Positions 26,130 through 39,764 of a stretch of DNA of 64,000 nt are shown in pieces; position 1 is the first letter of the stretch; every line of letters begins with the position of its first letter. Location: assembly GCA_036172245.1 (NCBI GenBank), contig JAYWIR010000012.1, forward strand, positions 3,038,001-3,102,000. Reading direction: 5' to 3'. The notes below the pieces were generated by a model. It searched no databases and was not told the origin of the DNA. It saw only the letters and a program-made list of their open reading frames with translations. The translations under genes and the position numbers were made by a program. Source of the stretch: Raillietiella orientalis. Taxonomy: Eukaryota.

Positions 26130-26345
26130 ACGTCCACGTGACTGCTATCTGCCCGCTCGGCATCAGGCGTTGCGGGTTCGAATCCCACCCACAGGATGAC
26201 ACTGGTTGGCCCAAGTGCTTCGGATCCGCCACTGGTGGAAGCTGGATGCCAGCGTTGACTGGCTGAAATTAGAAGTCGGCCCTCCGGGATTCTTTCAGGA
26301 ACCAGGGAGCCGGTTCCCTTCGAGATTCCCCATCGGAACAACCAG
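26130..26345 (+). mobile_element. tRNA-headed repeat family, 5' part with internal deletion
   Basis: GCGGGTTCGAATCCCACCC ... GATGACACTGGTTGGCC ... CACTGGTGGAAGCTGG. Confidence 0.8.
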
Positions 26346-26769
26346 GGCAGATTGTTTTGCTAGTCAGCATTCCCACTCACTTGCCCCAGCTATGTTTCAG
26401 CATCCATCCTCTTTGGAGACGTGCTACCGAGAGCATTAAGCTCAGGATGAACTGGACAGGAAGGGAGCTCGAGCCCGATACTCTTCTTGGGGCTATTTTT
26501 CGAACTGGCGCCAGCACTAGTACCACAGCACTCAGTCAGTCCCCTATTCAACTCCGACGAAGCGTCCGATGTGGCAGCCTAAGCTGGAGAGAAGCTTCAT
26601 CCTGTTGCGTGGGCGGACCCAGTCACTGGCACTCGATGTCTTCGAGTTTAAAGGCAAGGATGTTGGCGTGCAAGGGCAATTAGAAAAAAGTCGAAAAGCA
26701 CGGCATCTGGTTTTTCGTTCGATTTAGATTAGGATTTTCCGGTGTTTAAGAACCAATCCTCCTGCTTGT

Positions 26770-28560
26770 AGAAGATGAAGCGCATCCTGGCACCCTTTCG
26801 CGATGGCACGCTCTTTCTCGACGAGAGGGTAGCCAAGCGGAGCATCTTTGGCGTGCCCATTTTTTTTAGCTTTCTTTTTTGTTCACCCTGGAAACTGTTG
26901 GGGTGCGCCGTCGAGTCGCTGGTCTTACGCGTTGTTCCTGCGAGGCCCTTCCAGATCTAAAGGGCGGCCGAAGAGCGTGTCTTCATCCAGACGGAACGAC
27001 AGTGGACTTCGCGAAGAGCGTCGTCGTAGCAACCATGGAGGCGGCAGAAAGAGTCAGTGGGTTTTCCGATGCTCTTTTGGAGCTCTCCAAAAGCCCGCAC
27101 GATCTCGGATTCCCCTTCAAAATGAGCGAGCGTGCATCCGGGGGTTTCCTAGCAGAGCCGTCGCTGTGACGTCGACGAGTACGTGAAGGTCACCGCCTCT
27201 CGACGAGGTGGACAGAGTTTCTTCCGACACCCTGTCCGTGGGCGGGTTCCTCAATGACCTCGTGGCACACGTGGGTTCGCTCTCTTCGAGGGAGGTCCGG
27301 TCTGCTTGCTTAGAAGAGACGCAACGTGCCCTTTCACGACAGCGAACTTTCGCTCTTCGAGAGGGCATCAGCGAGAGACGTCCCTGTCGTCCCCGTTTCC
27401 AGATCTCTTTTTCTCGCTTCCCCCTGAGACTGTTGGGGTGTGCCGTCGAGTCACCGGTTCTGACTCCCTGCTCCTGCAAGTCTCTGCCAAGCCCGAGGCG
27501 TGGCTCCTCGCCAGCACGTGGGTCTGGACCCGTCCTCCTCCGAGTGCAGGTGCGAGCATCGTTGTGGAAGCTGGCCATCGTGGCCGAGTTCGTGGAACAC
27601 TCACTGGTTCCCCCTTCGAGATTTCTCCTGAAGAACGCGGAGCGCTGCAGACGGCTCGCCTGGACCCTCTCGCTGGCCTACAGGTGAGGGCGAGGTCAGC
27701 GCCACCCGTCCCGCCCGATTGCGCTGCTGCTGAAGGATCGCGAATGGACATCCTGCCGGCAGCTCGATAGGAGCTCAGGCGGCAAGAATCACTGGAAGTG
27801 CGGAGGTAGCTGGAAACAGCAGCGCCGCCAGCCTCCTGGGGGAACTCTTTCTCGAGAGAGATGGTCGACGCGGGGTCATTCAGGATGCTGTGCGTCCGCT
27901 TCTGAATCGGTGGGATGAAGAAAAAGAGGGGGATGCCCCTACAGCGTGGGATGTGTCTCATCGGAAGGCAGGCGAACCAAGCCCTGGAAATATGGGAGAG
28001 CGGAACGGATGCAGTTTCTAAAAATAGACTCCCTCGTTCTCGTTTTCACTTTCCCTCGTGATGTCTCGAGCTCTTCTGAGCCTTGCAACCGAGGCTTCGC
28101 CGGCGCCCGTGTTCCTTCTCGTTCCCGAATCGCCGCTCCTTGCGTGAGTCTGAGAAGCAGCTGATGCAATCTCTGGAGCATTGCGGAAACAGTCGGAAGG
28201 ATTTCCAGGATTTCGGAAAGCGTGCTTCCCTCGGAGGCCTTCTCCGCGTTCCCCCGGCATAGTCCCTTGTTCCAGAGAAAGATTGCCGTAAAACTGGCAA
28301 GATGCCGTAAGGGAAGGATAAGGGCTCTGTTCATCAGGGACTCGAGGTTTTCCGAGGAGAAGGGTGTAGGAAAGCTCTCTCGTATTGGAAGGTCCCAAGC
28401 ACGGTCCACGAAGGAGTGGTCTCGCGTGCTGGTCGGCTGGCTGAGATTTTTGGGCAGGCGAAGCTCCCGTTATCCATCTTTCAGCCAGTTCTTCCTGCAG
28501 CGCGGGACTTCAAGCTGATCGTTGTTCGAGCCAGGCCGGCAAACCCAGACGGGTGGATCA
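26770..28560 (-). mobile_element. L1/Tx1-type ORF2 relic (linker plus RT N-terminus) with diverged internal duplication 26770-26960 / 27320-27500
   Basis: QGAAIRERE...EELETSRGK (GA.IRSR...LE..R); VFHELGHDGQLPQ (VFNE....G.LP.S); TCWR..L..RD (WRPI.LL..D). Confidence 0.6.
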
Positions 28561-29304
28561 CGGTCAGACAGCTGCTCCCAAGGGGCGTAAGCGCGGACAG
28601 GAAGCTGCGGGAGAAAAGATGAAAAGCTTCCTGCCATTTTCGCCTCGCCTCACCTCACCTCTTCCTATCTTGCGGAGCGATCCTGAGGCACCCCACGCGC
28701 AGAACCACATCGAAACGAAACGCGAGTAGGGCGGGGACGTGACCTTCGAGGCTGAAGGCTCTCAAGATCGCGGGGGCAGCAACCTAGGGAGCCACCACCG
28801 TGTTCCTCTTGCCTCTCCGAAGATTCTCTGCCAGAAGTTGCGGGAACGGAATGGTTGGGAGGAAGTCGCGCACTCGGATCCTGATGGGGCTGGAGCGAAG
28901 GACCGAGGAGAAGTAGACGAGCCGCGAGAAGGGGGGGGAGGTCTGCAGCCTTCGAAAAGTGAACCCGGGTGACATGAGGAAAGGGGGGTGGGAACCGAAA
29001 CTTGATTCCTGGGCAGTAGTCTGAGCCTCCTCGACGCTCTCCCTGAGATCTGGAACTGCGAGGGGGGATGCAGTTCCACGAATGGGGACTCCCCTGACTT
29101 CTGCAGGTGAACACGCGGTCCGTCGCATGGACTACTCTTTAACCTCGTCGAGTCCCCCGGCGGAGCATGGGTAACGTCCGATGAGAGGAAGAGACAAGAG
29201 CAAGGATCCTTGCGTGCCATGAATTCCTAACAGGATGAATTTCGGAATGTCTAGGAGAGATGGGGGGAAGGGGGGGGGTACAATCATTTGTTTGCATCCT
29301 GTTC

Positions 29305-29860
29305 CGTTCGGCCCGCGTTGAAGGCTAAGCATCGCAGGTTCGAATCCCACCCGGGGAAGGATCAGCGCTGAGAACGGGGGATGCGTCGAGGGTTTCGAGT
29401 ACCCCCGCAAGATGACTCTGGTTGGCCGATTCGGGTGCGGTAGAACTAGTGGAAACCCCCGGATGCCCCCTTTGACTAGCCGGAATTGGAAGTTGACTTT
29501 CCGGGGTCCTTCTAAGAATCAAGGAGCTTTTCGGGATGATGAAGATGGAGCCGCCGAGCATCATGGAGGTGCTGATGTATTGACACCTCTCCAGAGTGTC
29601 AAGAAGTGCGTTGCCCCCTAGAAAATGGTAAGCGTCCCTTCGGGGTTCTCTTCAGTGGAATAAACAGGGAGATTATTTCCCGGATCCTTTCGGGGAAGAA
29701 ACGAGGAGTCTCCTTCCCTGGGTGGTTCTTCTGGTGGGAATGAGGAAGAGGTTCCCTTAGGGATTCCCTCCAAAGAGTAAGGGAAAAAACGGACTTCTTC
29801 CTCCGGAGTCTTCCTGGATTCACAGGATGGTCTTCACCGGAACCCTTGCAGTTTGAAGAG
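29305..29860 (+). mobile_element. tRNA-headed repeat family copy
   Basis: GCAGGTTCGAATCCCACCCGGGGAAGGA head, body, monomers, CTTCCTGGATTC. Confidence 0.85.
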
Positions 29861-30829
29861 ACGAGAAGATAACTCAGGAGAAAACCTAGAAAGATAGGAG
29901 AAATTTCCTTTTTCTGATGCCCGAGGTGCGGTGGACGCTGGCGCACCATGGAACGCCTTGTGCTGCACGCCACACTGATTGCGAGTGCACGCTCCAGTCT
30001 TTCCCGCGGCTCGGATCCCGGGACGAGGAGCAACTCAGGATGAAGGAGCAGGTAACACGTTCCCTTCTGTAAGAAGTCGTAGCTGTGCCTCGTAGCTGCC
30101 GGCGGTTCGGTCGGGGTGGCGCGCGAAGCCGCAGTTCGTGCGCACGTTTGTAGACAGCCGTTCCTTCCTAAACGGAGGGTCGATCGGGAGCTGCAAAAGT
30201 TCCTGGCAGGGTTAACCCGCGGGCAGAGAGGACAACGCGGCAACCAAAATGCGCTCTTGCACGCGCGCGTTTCCTCCTCCTCCCCGAAGAACCGCCACGT
30301 TGCGGTTCTTCAACGGACCCGGAGTGACTTCGGTTCTGCCACCGGCACTGGCCGTGATGAAACGCCAGTTCCTCGGGATGGCAGCAGGAAAGAGCAAGGA
30401 AAAGAGGGTATCACCTCCGGGAGGAAGCCCACAAAGACAAGCGCAGCTGCTTATCGGAGGATCCAGCGACGTCCGTTCTAAGAGAACTGTAGGGAGGCTG
30501 CGAGAACGACTGCTGGATCTGAAACTCGACTGGCTGGGATGGAAACTGACGGTCATTCGGCGCAGGGTCCTCTCGCCGGACCAAAGAATTGTGCTCGAAG
30601 TTTTGCCCTTCAACTTGAACAAGAAGTTACCCCAGGAGTGTTGGGTCAGGTCAGCAGAGTGTAGGAGAGAACACACCCTTGAGATGCGTGGCGACGGAAG
30701 GCGGGAACTTGCTCCGTGCTCATTGTGACGAGATGCGAGTGAGGATGGACTACTAGGCAAAGCTCGCAGATCGTTAAAAAAAATTTTTTTGGGTGCCAGA
30801 TGAAACCAAGGAGCGGCTGCCTGAAATCT

Positions 30830-31240
30830 ACTCTCTCGCGGGGCACCTAGGAAGGTGGGTTTCCTGGAGAGCTACTTTCGTAGCTCGCAGAAAATCGAGG
30901 CAACTTCCACTCTGGGAGGGATAGGTTCGCAAAGAGATGTAGATTGTTCGCGGCCCCCGGAAGGGGTCTTTCCGCGTGCAGAGTCGTAGGGAGACCTCAA
31001 GATGGGCGGGTGCGTGCCTCGGGAAGAGGGCAGCAGAGCCTCGAGCCACCAGTTTCGACGCGCCCTTGAGCGGTCCTGCCACCTGCAAAAGCAGCGCCTT
31101 CCTCTCGGCTGCTCCCTGCGTCCTCACGTAGGCTGCTAGCTTCTTTCTGAAGACGTCGATCTGCACACTTAGGGCAGAGCGGTGCTCCTCCTCCTCCCTA
31201 TACCAGGCGGCACTCCTCCTTCGCCTCTTTCCGCCCCTCA
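30830..31240 (-). mobile_element. Possible gypsy gag N-terminal relic
   Basis: KKLAAYVRTQGAAERKALLLQVAGP resembles RK.ALLL..AG. Confidence 0.35.
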
Positions 31241-31959
31241 ACGAAGTCCTCCACCAGCACGGCCGGCAGCCTCCTCTCCCTCTACCGCAGGGCGCTCCTG
31301 TGCGACCTCAACTCAGCCTCTTCCGGCGACTCGACCCTCTCCCCCGTCGTTGACCACCTTCATCGCCTGCGGCGAAGGAAACGCACCATCAGGTGGCGCC
31401 GTCTCCTTCGCACTGTCCCCTCTTGGAGATCTTCGCCAGAGCATCCAGCAGAAGCTCCGACCGCCCTCATCCCTCTCGCTCTCCGAAGGCTCCCACAGCA
31501 TCCACCCGCCGGCCGCCGCCAGCTCCTCGTCCAGCCCCCGAGTGGGCTCGGAGAGCGGGTTGCTGACCTCCACTTCAGCCCGCTGAAGGAGAAGGCCGGC
31601 GCGCGCCACCAGGAGGTAGGCGTCGACAACCAACCTGCGCAGCATCCAGGCCATTCTCTCTCGGCATCCAAGGCGGTCGCCCGTTGCCGCGGAGACGGAA
31701 CCTGGGTGGGGCCAGGGAGCGTCCGCTGAGAGTGGCTTCTGCTCCCAAGTGCGAGATGGGAAGAGCTCGCAATGGCACGCGGAGAGCTTTGACCATTCGA
31801 TCGGAACATCGACCTGCTTTCGCGATATGATCACAGCCCCTTTTCCGTGACCTTGACAACCACTTCACGTGCCGATTCCTTCAAAAGAAAAAAAAAATGA
31901 AAGCGTTGGGACTCCTGAAGGTCGTGAAACTGACCTTGGGTGCAAGCACAGGAGTTTCC

Positions 31960-32460
31960 TCCCTCACTCCTTAGGAGTGCTCGCCGGTAGCTGAGGAGCA
32001 GGCGATCTCCAGGGCAACCAATGGTGCAGCTGGTTCCCAAGCGGCCGGCAGCCACCTTTGAGCCCGCCGAAACACGAGCGGAGAAAGATTCTTCTCTTCT
32101 CCCTCCGGTTCCCTCCCGAATCCAGCGGAGGACCGGCGGGCCAAACGCCGATGGATGCGGTTGCGGGCAGCACCTGGGAAGGTTGAGCAACCATCGATGC
32201 TACAGCCAACCTCGGCGCGCAATCCACGCGCAGATGGATGCCGACCCTGGAATGGGCATCGATGGTCGCGGCGTAGCCCTGAGGTGAGCGTGCGCAGGAC
32301 TTCCTCTCGAACACGTCTCGGAACTTTTCAAGTGATAGTGAGATGCCCTCCTGTGGGTCAGGCGTTCGGGAAGTCACCTCGGCACCTCCAGGAACGAATT
32401 CGGGCGGACGCGAGCGCGCGGATCAGATGAGGAAAAGTCTGCGGCGGTGTAGTCCATGGG
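31960..32460 (-). mobile_element. LINE ORF1-like relic starting CCATGGACTAC
   Basis: Homologous to sequence following the tRNA-headed repeat at 32660-32760 and 34190-34270; weak peptide similarity (VWPAGPPLD) to other ORF1-like copies. Confidence 0.45.
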
Positions 32461-32469
32461 GATCACGAG

Positions 32470-32880
32470 CGCAAGGGTTCCTTCCGGGTTTCCTTCCCAA
32501 GCGTGATAGGAACGGACTTCTTCCTCCAGAGCCTTCCTGGGTTCGTAGGTTGCTCCCTATAATCTGAAGTTATGCGCGCCCTCGGATGGCGAGGACAGCG
32601 TTCGAGAGCTTTGCCAGCCCCCCTTGAGGGGGGAACGGCGAACCGAAAAGAACAGAAAACTCGGATTTGCTCCCGAAGATGCCGAGAGGACTCCCCGAAA
32701 GTCTAAAGCACTGGAAGGGGGGAGAGGCATCTCACCATCACTCGGGAAGATACGGAACGGACTGGAGAGGGAGTTCCGCGTGCTCCGAAAAAGCAGCCGG
32801 CACCCTCTTGGCGGTGCCTCCAGCGCTGCGGAGGTGTCATCAAGAATTCATTCCCGAAGTTGTCGAGGTGGCTTCCGGAG
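32470..32880 (+). mobile_element. 3' part of tRNA-headed repeat fused to ORF1-like sequence; inverted partner of 34090-34400
   Basis: GAAGTTATGCG..CCTCGG.TGGCG.GGACAGCGTTCGA, AGAAAACTCGGATTTG and GGACTGGAG.GGGA.TTCCGCG are shared in inverted orientation. Confidence 0.8.
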
Positions 32881-34089
32881 CACCTGAAACATCAAAGATC
32901 ATCTCACCATCACTCGGGAAGATCCGGACCGGGTTTGAACGTGGATCCCCCGCACGCGTGCCTCAGGACTACGCCGCGACCATCGATGCCCATTTGCTGA
33001 GCTCTGAAGAACACTCTGGAGAGGCAACCAGATCCATGGCACTCGATGGAGAGTTCTCCTCCCCCTCCTCCTAGGAAGATTGCATTTGCACAACCGGAGG
33101 AGAGCCCCGAGGTGCAGTTCAGTAGGGGATGTCGGCGTCCGTGGGCCATTCTCTCGAAGAACAGCTCGCCTCCTGAGCCTCTCTCGTAGGTGGAGGAAGA
33201 GGATCGTCAGCGAAAGAGACTGCCGCCACCTAGAGAAGGGAAGGCTGCCGCCGCACGGGTCAGTGAAAGCATTTCCTCCCCCCCGTTCCTTCCCCCTTCT
33301 CGCTTCGTTGCGCCGCGTCATCATGGAAGAAAGCAGACGTTGTCAAGCAGTAGCAGTGCTAGCGAAGGCACGTCGCATCTGAGCGCTCACTCGTGCGTCT
33401 GAGCAACGTCGGGAGGCGGCTTGGCTCTCAGCTCCCTTCTCCCGCAAGTCACACACGCAAACCACGCGCTCCGCGGAATCCGCCGGTCGCTCAGCTCACG
33501 GCTTGAATGACGACGGGCGCGGCTCGCACGCGACGAAGCTTCCACGCATGGGGTCGGGATCCGCAGCTGAGCTGTCATGGCAGCGGTATGCCCGCCGCTC
33601 ACGCATCCGTCGCGGCGCGCTTCCCCACCGATCCGGCTGCGGGAACCGTTGCCGAGGAACGGATCCGAACATTCCCCCGCGTCGCTCTCGAAGAGGTAAG
33701 GGCCTCCCGGGAGTCGGGCAACGGGAGGAGAGCCGAGCGCGACGGTCTTCTGGCTGATCCCGGCTCCATCTCGACCGCTGCTTCTAGGAGCCCAAACGCG
33801 ATGCTCGCTAATTAAGAAGCCTCCAGGGATGATGCTGCATCGCTGTGCATTTCTGTTTACGTCAACCGGAGCTGCGCTCTTCATCCGCGAGGCTTCCTCA
33901 CCATGACACCTCCCGGGCGCGCGTATTTCGGGAATCTTTCAGACGGGCGGGACTGGGTCTGCACTTCACGGCAGTCGAGGAAGGACGTTCCGGACCGGGA
34001 GCATCCGATCCGGCGGAGCGGGACTCCCCGCTGCCGCTGCAGAGTTCCCGGAAGAGCGACCCTGAGGCGGAGGTAGCCAAAGACACGGG

Positions 34090-34980
34090 GATGAGGCCTG
34101 CGATGGCGGCGCCTCCGCGACGCGGGAGGTGCCGCCTAGCGGATGTCGGCTGCTATATCAGAGCGCGCGGAATTCCCGCTCCAGTCCGTCCCGGATTCCT
34201 CTCTCCCCTCTGGTGCTTCAGACGTTCAAGGAGTCCCCTTGGCATCTCCAGAACAAATCCGAGTTTTCTTTTTGATTTTTATTAAGCTATCGAACGCTGT
34301 CCGCGCCACCCGAGGACACGCATAACTTCTCCGGGTCATAGGGGGCAACCCTATGAACCCAGACAGGCTTCCAAGGAAGGAGTTCGTTCTTCTCACTCTT
34401 GGGGGAGGACTGTGAAGGGAACCCTCGCCCTAGTTGTCTTCGAAAGAACCCTCTGAAGGGGGAGCTACTCCTCACTTCTCCTAAGGGGAACCCGGAAAGG
34501 ATCCGCTCCTGGAATTTCTTCTCCGGAGGGAACCAGCAAGAGAACTGCTCCTTGCATCCTCCTCTGCAGAGGACCTCGGAGGGGCGTATCCTGATTTTCC
34601 CTGAGGGTCCTCTCCTTGAAGGGAGCAGAGCTCTTCCTCTGACACTCTGAAGAGGCAGCCAGCTCCACGGTACTCGATGAAGGGTCTCCCTTCCCCTCAG
34701 GAGGCTGCATTTGCGCAGCCGGAGGGAAACTTTGAAGGGCTTCTCGATTCCTGGGAGGATCCAGGAGGGTTCAGCTTCCAATCCCGGCCGATTAACGGAG
34801 GTTTCCGGCTTCCACCAGTGCCGCCGCATCCGAGTAGGCCAACCAGTCATCCTACGGGGAAACTCAAAACTCACGACGCACCACTTATTTCTCGGCGCCG
34901 TTGATTCCCCGGGCGGGATTCAAACCACGACGCTTCTCACCAAGCGCACGGAGATCGAGGCCACGCGGCCGCCAACGCGG
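34090..34980 (-). mobile_element. tRNA-headed repeat family, full-length copy running into ORF1-like sequence
   Basis: Minus strand: TTGGCGGCCGCGTGG ... GGTTTGAATCCCGCCCGGGGAA, then body, monomers and tail. Confidence 0.85.
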
Positions 34981-35429
34981 GATGAATCTGCTCTCAGACA
35001 CGGGCAGCGATGGTCCTCCCGTTTGACCGCGGCGATCGGAAGTCGCGGGGAAGGACAGACGACCGGTCTTCAGCGCCGCAAGTACGGGGTCCTTCGCGGC
35101 AGCTGGAAACGGTATGGCATGGGTCTTATCTGTAGCCCCCGGAAGAAGGACGGACCAAACCCGGATGGAACGCACATTTTACTCGGGCGTGTGTTCCTTT
35201 TTTTCGGGTGCGTTGGAGGGGAGGGAGGAGGGAAACGCCACGAGACGGCGTCTGCTTCTCGGTTGCCATAACGACTGCTCCGAAACATCTCTTGGAGCCA
35301 GTCCGGGAGCAACGGAGAAGAGGATTACCTCCCGGTCACGACTGGGATGCCTATTCTCTGCAAAAATAAATAACGAGCATTCGTAATTTGTTGAGACGCG
35401 TGTCCTGCCGAGTTCAACGGTTCTTTGAG

Positions 35430-36200
35430 TCAAGGTGGTTGGACCACGGGTCAGCTGACTGATGCCGCGACCCCAAGTGACCCCATTTACGGGACTTTTG
35501 AGCTGGAGCGAGCTATTCGGAATTCCACGGGAAGACCTCGAGTGTCTTCTGGTGCTGCGAAACACCCACACCCTCCCCTCGAGTGGCTGCAGTCGGCGAT
35601 CCTGCTGTTGCTCTGGGGCCTTCCATGCCACGCCCGCCGACATCATTGGACCCAAACTGCAGCAGGTGAGGAGTGTTGGAATCCCTCCAGCACCTGTTCG
35701 TGGACTGTGCTGCCTTCCTTGTCCTCGTGGAGACGTTTCGCCGTGATCCTGTGGACCCTTCCAGACGGCAACTGCAGAGACCTTATCCGAGGCGCCTCTT
35801 CGCGCGGGATGATCCACTGCCAGCTGCTCCCCCAGCGGCTCCCTGCTGCCTACTCGGGATCGTAGTTGTCTGGAGTGCCGTCGAGAGAGGCAAGAACGAC
35901 AGGGTGCCATCCATTCTGGGGTACGCTTCCTGAGGATGGCATCCGGGTGGCATCATCTGGGAAGCACTCAGCCCGAGCTTGCCTGCATCCTTAAGGATAA
36001 GCAGGAGGTTCGCTTCCCGAACTCCCCAAAATGTTCTTCTATTTACTTTTTTTTTTTTTTAATTCTGTTTCCTTTCGTTCCTCTCCTTTCTGCTGCCAAG
36101 GCGACCCTAGCCGGTCTGCGTACCGGCAACCCTGTGGGTCAAGTGGGCGTGGCAAAAGCGACAGCTCTACCACTGATTTTGCATGTTCTTGTTCAATCCA
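35430..36200 (+). mobile_element. L1/Tx1-type ORF2 C-terminus (zf-RVT) plus 3' UTR relic
   Basis: LLLWGLPCHARRHHW..DPNCSR*GVLESLQHLFVDC; T tract; conserved UTR. Confidence 0.75.
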
Positions 36201-36699
36201 ATGCGCAACTGGGTGGGAAGAATTCAACAGTTCCTGGAGGGTGCCGGCGAGGTGCACAATGGAAACGGGGGAGAACGTGGGTGGGTGGGTGCGAAAGAAG
36301 GAAGCAAAAGAATAAAAGGGGTTGTTTGCACGGCAAGGGAAGGAAAGCACTGTCCCGCGAGGAAAGGAGGGCCGTTCATCTTCATTGATCAGAGATCCCG
36401 GATCTGCGCAGATCAACAGTTGGTTCCCCGTTTCCGTTTGCGACGCGCCCCTATTCGCGTTGAAAGCGTCCAGCAGGAGGAACGGGGCTGCGGCGCTCTT
36501 TCGATGCTGGGGGGAAAAGGGGGGGGGGGATGAAAACTGTCAACATCGGAAGCGAATCCATCGGTGCGGTTGCGGCATCTTCGGTCTTCGGCAGGAAAGG
36601 CAGGCCACACTTCTTTTCTGGCCGATTCCCGGAACGCTTCCTTCTTAACATTCCCCTTTTCCCCTCTCCCTTTCCTCCCTTCCCTCGAGGCCGCCGCAG

Positions 36700-37440
36700 C
36701 TCCGCAAACAAGGCGAAAATCAAGAACGTTACCCAACCACGGAAGATCATCATCGCTGCACCTGCTTTTGAGGGCAAATTTCCGCGGAGGCACGAAACGC
36801 CCGTGGTGCTGATTTCGGTGCCGCAACCGGGGAGCGATCCCGTTAAGAACTGCGAAAGACGAGGAACCCTGGCGATCCCTTCAGAACAGGGTCCCGTTTC
36901 GTGGCGCCCATCTCTCCCCCCCCTTTACTCTGACAGAGCGCACAGCTCCCTGGACCGGTATGGATATAGCCCCGAGGCAGTGCATCTGATGGTAAGCAGC
37001 CGCTTCCAGACGCGGCCTCCCTATGGATAATTCGATCATCCCGCGTACATTTTTGTCATCCTCCGGATCGTTGAGATGGCGAGTAAGGGGTCTGACCCCG
37101 AATTGGGGCAAGCGCTGGATCCAGTCCACTTCGGCGAACGCACCCGCGTCTCTTCGAAGTGGAGGACGGACTTTGCCTTCCGGGGGAGGGGACGCTGCCT
37201 CCTAACTTTTTCTCGAAGTCCAGCCAGGAATGACGAGTCTCGTACACGCTTACGTACGGTACTCAACTCTCATCGGAAGAGTGGTCCATTCGCGGATTCT
37301 GGTCGTCCAGCCGCCTGTGTCGTTTAAGAAACGCGCGCTCATGAAACGGCCGCCGAAGCTCTTCTTGGGCAGCCAACCGTCTGCAGAACCTTCGCTCCGG
37401 CGAGAAACTGAGGACAAAGAGTGAGTCCCTGTGGAGCCAT
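36700..37440 (-). mobile_element. LINE ORF1-like relic
   Basis: LGAISIPVQGAV resembles LYPISIPLGLQV at 62000; a degenerate zinc-knuckle-like LVCG lies downstream. Confidence 0.4.
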
Positions 37441-38299
37441 CGTGCAAACTCCTCCCACCGACTTCCTCACCCCCCTTTTCAGGGCATTGTCTGCACGGAA
37501 TAGGGAAGGCACTCCGACCCCCATACCCTGTGGCCCGTCGAAGACTGCTGTAGGGCCGCTCGGCAGCGGCCTGCTGCGGATCTTCACCGGTCACCGGGAA
37601 GCCGCTACTTGGAGTTCAGGGTCTCGAGAGGTGGGTCGACAGCAAGACTTCAGCCGCGAGCTGACGGGTGTTTGACCTCCGAGAAAAGTCCAGGACACGG
37701 ATCACTGAGCGGCCGGAAAGAAGACGAGCAGACCTTCTTGAGAATCGACAGCGAGGCGGGCACCTAATTTGTGCAGGTGCAAAGAGTTGAAAGGGTTGCT
37801 GCTTAATTGCAGACCTATTTGCACCAAGAAGTAAGAAATCCCAGCCCAGGTGGCACGGCCAAACACTGATCCACCCAACCCCCGTCGAAGCGAAGCGTGT
37901 CCAAAGCATGCAAACCGTTACGTCAGCGTTACAATAATCGCAGCAGTGCCTCTCAAAGATCGCATCTTGTTCTCATCAAGACTTCCCTCACCTCCACCAG
38001 TCCGAATCGCGGTGGGGGAGAAGGGGGGAGGGGGAATCTGTTCCCCTTCCGCATTTACAATCATTTATTCAAGAAGCGGAAAATCACGCTGTCACTCACG
38101 AGCGCCAGCACATGAAACCCTTTCGTCCTTGCCTTTCCTCCGCGCCTTTCTGCTGGGCGAAGATTTTCTTTTGCCTGCCGTACGCGACGAATGGAGGTCC
38201 GCTTGGGGAGGTAGGGGTAGGGGAGAACCCTCTGTATACTGACCGACACTTTGCTCCCACTCCCCTCTCCCGTTCCTGGTTGTAAAATTCACTTGTCGA

Positions 38300-38700
38300 T
38301 ATTTCGTAGGGTGCAGCCCTGCGAGAAGACTGTAGCCCTATCGTCTAAGCTGGTCCCCTGCCGCAGCCTCGCATGCCTTTTCCCTCTTCGAGAAGGCCAT
38401 CAGAAGCTTCCTCGCGCTGGCCTGCTCGCCCTTCAGAAGCTTGGCCCTTTGAGGGTGGGAATGCCTTTCTCGCGGAGAAGACCAAAACGATTCCCCAACG
38501 TGGGTCGACTCCTCGTCCTTGGAAGAGTCCTCGAAGAATCCAGATCGTTCGAACTGCTCTCTTAGTCCTACTCTCTGCTTGACCACCCTCTAGTCTTGCG
38601 AGAGCGCCTTGCAGGTGTGTAATGGTGTGTAAGGGGAGATCATCCTCAATGCTCCCCCCCGCATGCGGGCCGGTCTCCGTCGTTCGGGTTGCTCGCCCGC
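38300..38700 (-). mobile_element. LINE RT N-terminal relic
   Basis: KLLKGEQASARKLLMAFSKR...DQ...Y (LL..D.K...K.L..R....Q..F). Confidence 0.35.
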
Positions 38701-39764
38701 TGACGGAACTTCTTCCCGCACAGGGATCCCTCAGTGGTAAAAACATCCCCAGCAAGACTTCGAACGCTGCTGCTCTCAAACGAGTGTGACCCGAAACAAA
38801 AGAGCCTTTTTTAAAATGCATTCCGATTTTAGGGTGTTGAAATGGTATTCCCCCTTCCGAAAAAGTTTTTAATTACCCTGTGGGTAATTAAGAACTCATT
38901 TTCAGGCATCGAAGCTTTGTGGTTCTCATCCGCTTACACGCCCAGCTAAACTTTTCGGTCTTAAATAGCCATTTCGGTTTTAATGCATCCTTGCGCTCGG
39001 TCGTCTCCCCCCCCCCCTTTTTTCCAGAGCTTTCCTCGTAGGCGGCGAAGAAGCTCCTGGCATGTGTTTTTTGTTTGTTTTTGTTTGTTTTTGCGGGCAC
39101 AACTCCGGGTGTTTCCCTGCTTCAAGAAGGCCTCGGCTCTGGTTGCGTTTCTCCACAAAGCCGGACTTGGGGTGGGCCGAGCGACTCGTCCCGAGCCCCG
39201 TCCCGAGTTCTCTTTCGATTGCATTGCTGGCCGCCATGCTGACTGCTCTCGTTCACGTCACGTGCCACAGAAGCAGACCGATCTCAAAGACTCCAAGGGC
39301 TTGCAGCATCCGCGCGCAGGAACGTAGCAGAACTCGGCGGCATGTAACGACGACGACGACGATGGGGTGAAACCACTTCGAGCGGGCCCATCTGGAGCCT
39401 CGCTACGTTGGATCCCGAAAAGCCAGACTTGAGTCGGTCCCCCTAAGGGAGCGAGGATATCCATTTCGCGGCAACATAAAGGTATGCGGGGGAGGAATTT
39501 TTCCACAGCCGATTCTTTGACCTGTCTAGCTGCGGGTTATTGGGGCAGGGTTAGCAACTTAATTCCTCTGCGGCTGAGGCTCCACAGAGGGGGTTGCCCT
39601 CACGACCAGAGAATCGAACGGACTCTCAGCTTCCCGATCGGCACCGGGAAGGAAGGGGAGAAGGGGTTTCACCGGCTGCCACGCCTACGGGACGTAGCCT
39701 GGGCCGTGAGCAAGGCCAAGCACTGGTGAGGACGGGGGGGGAGAAGGCTTTTTGTCGGACAGTT

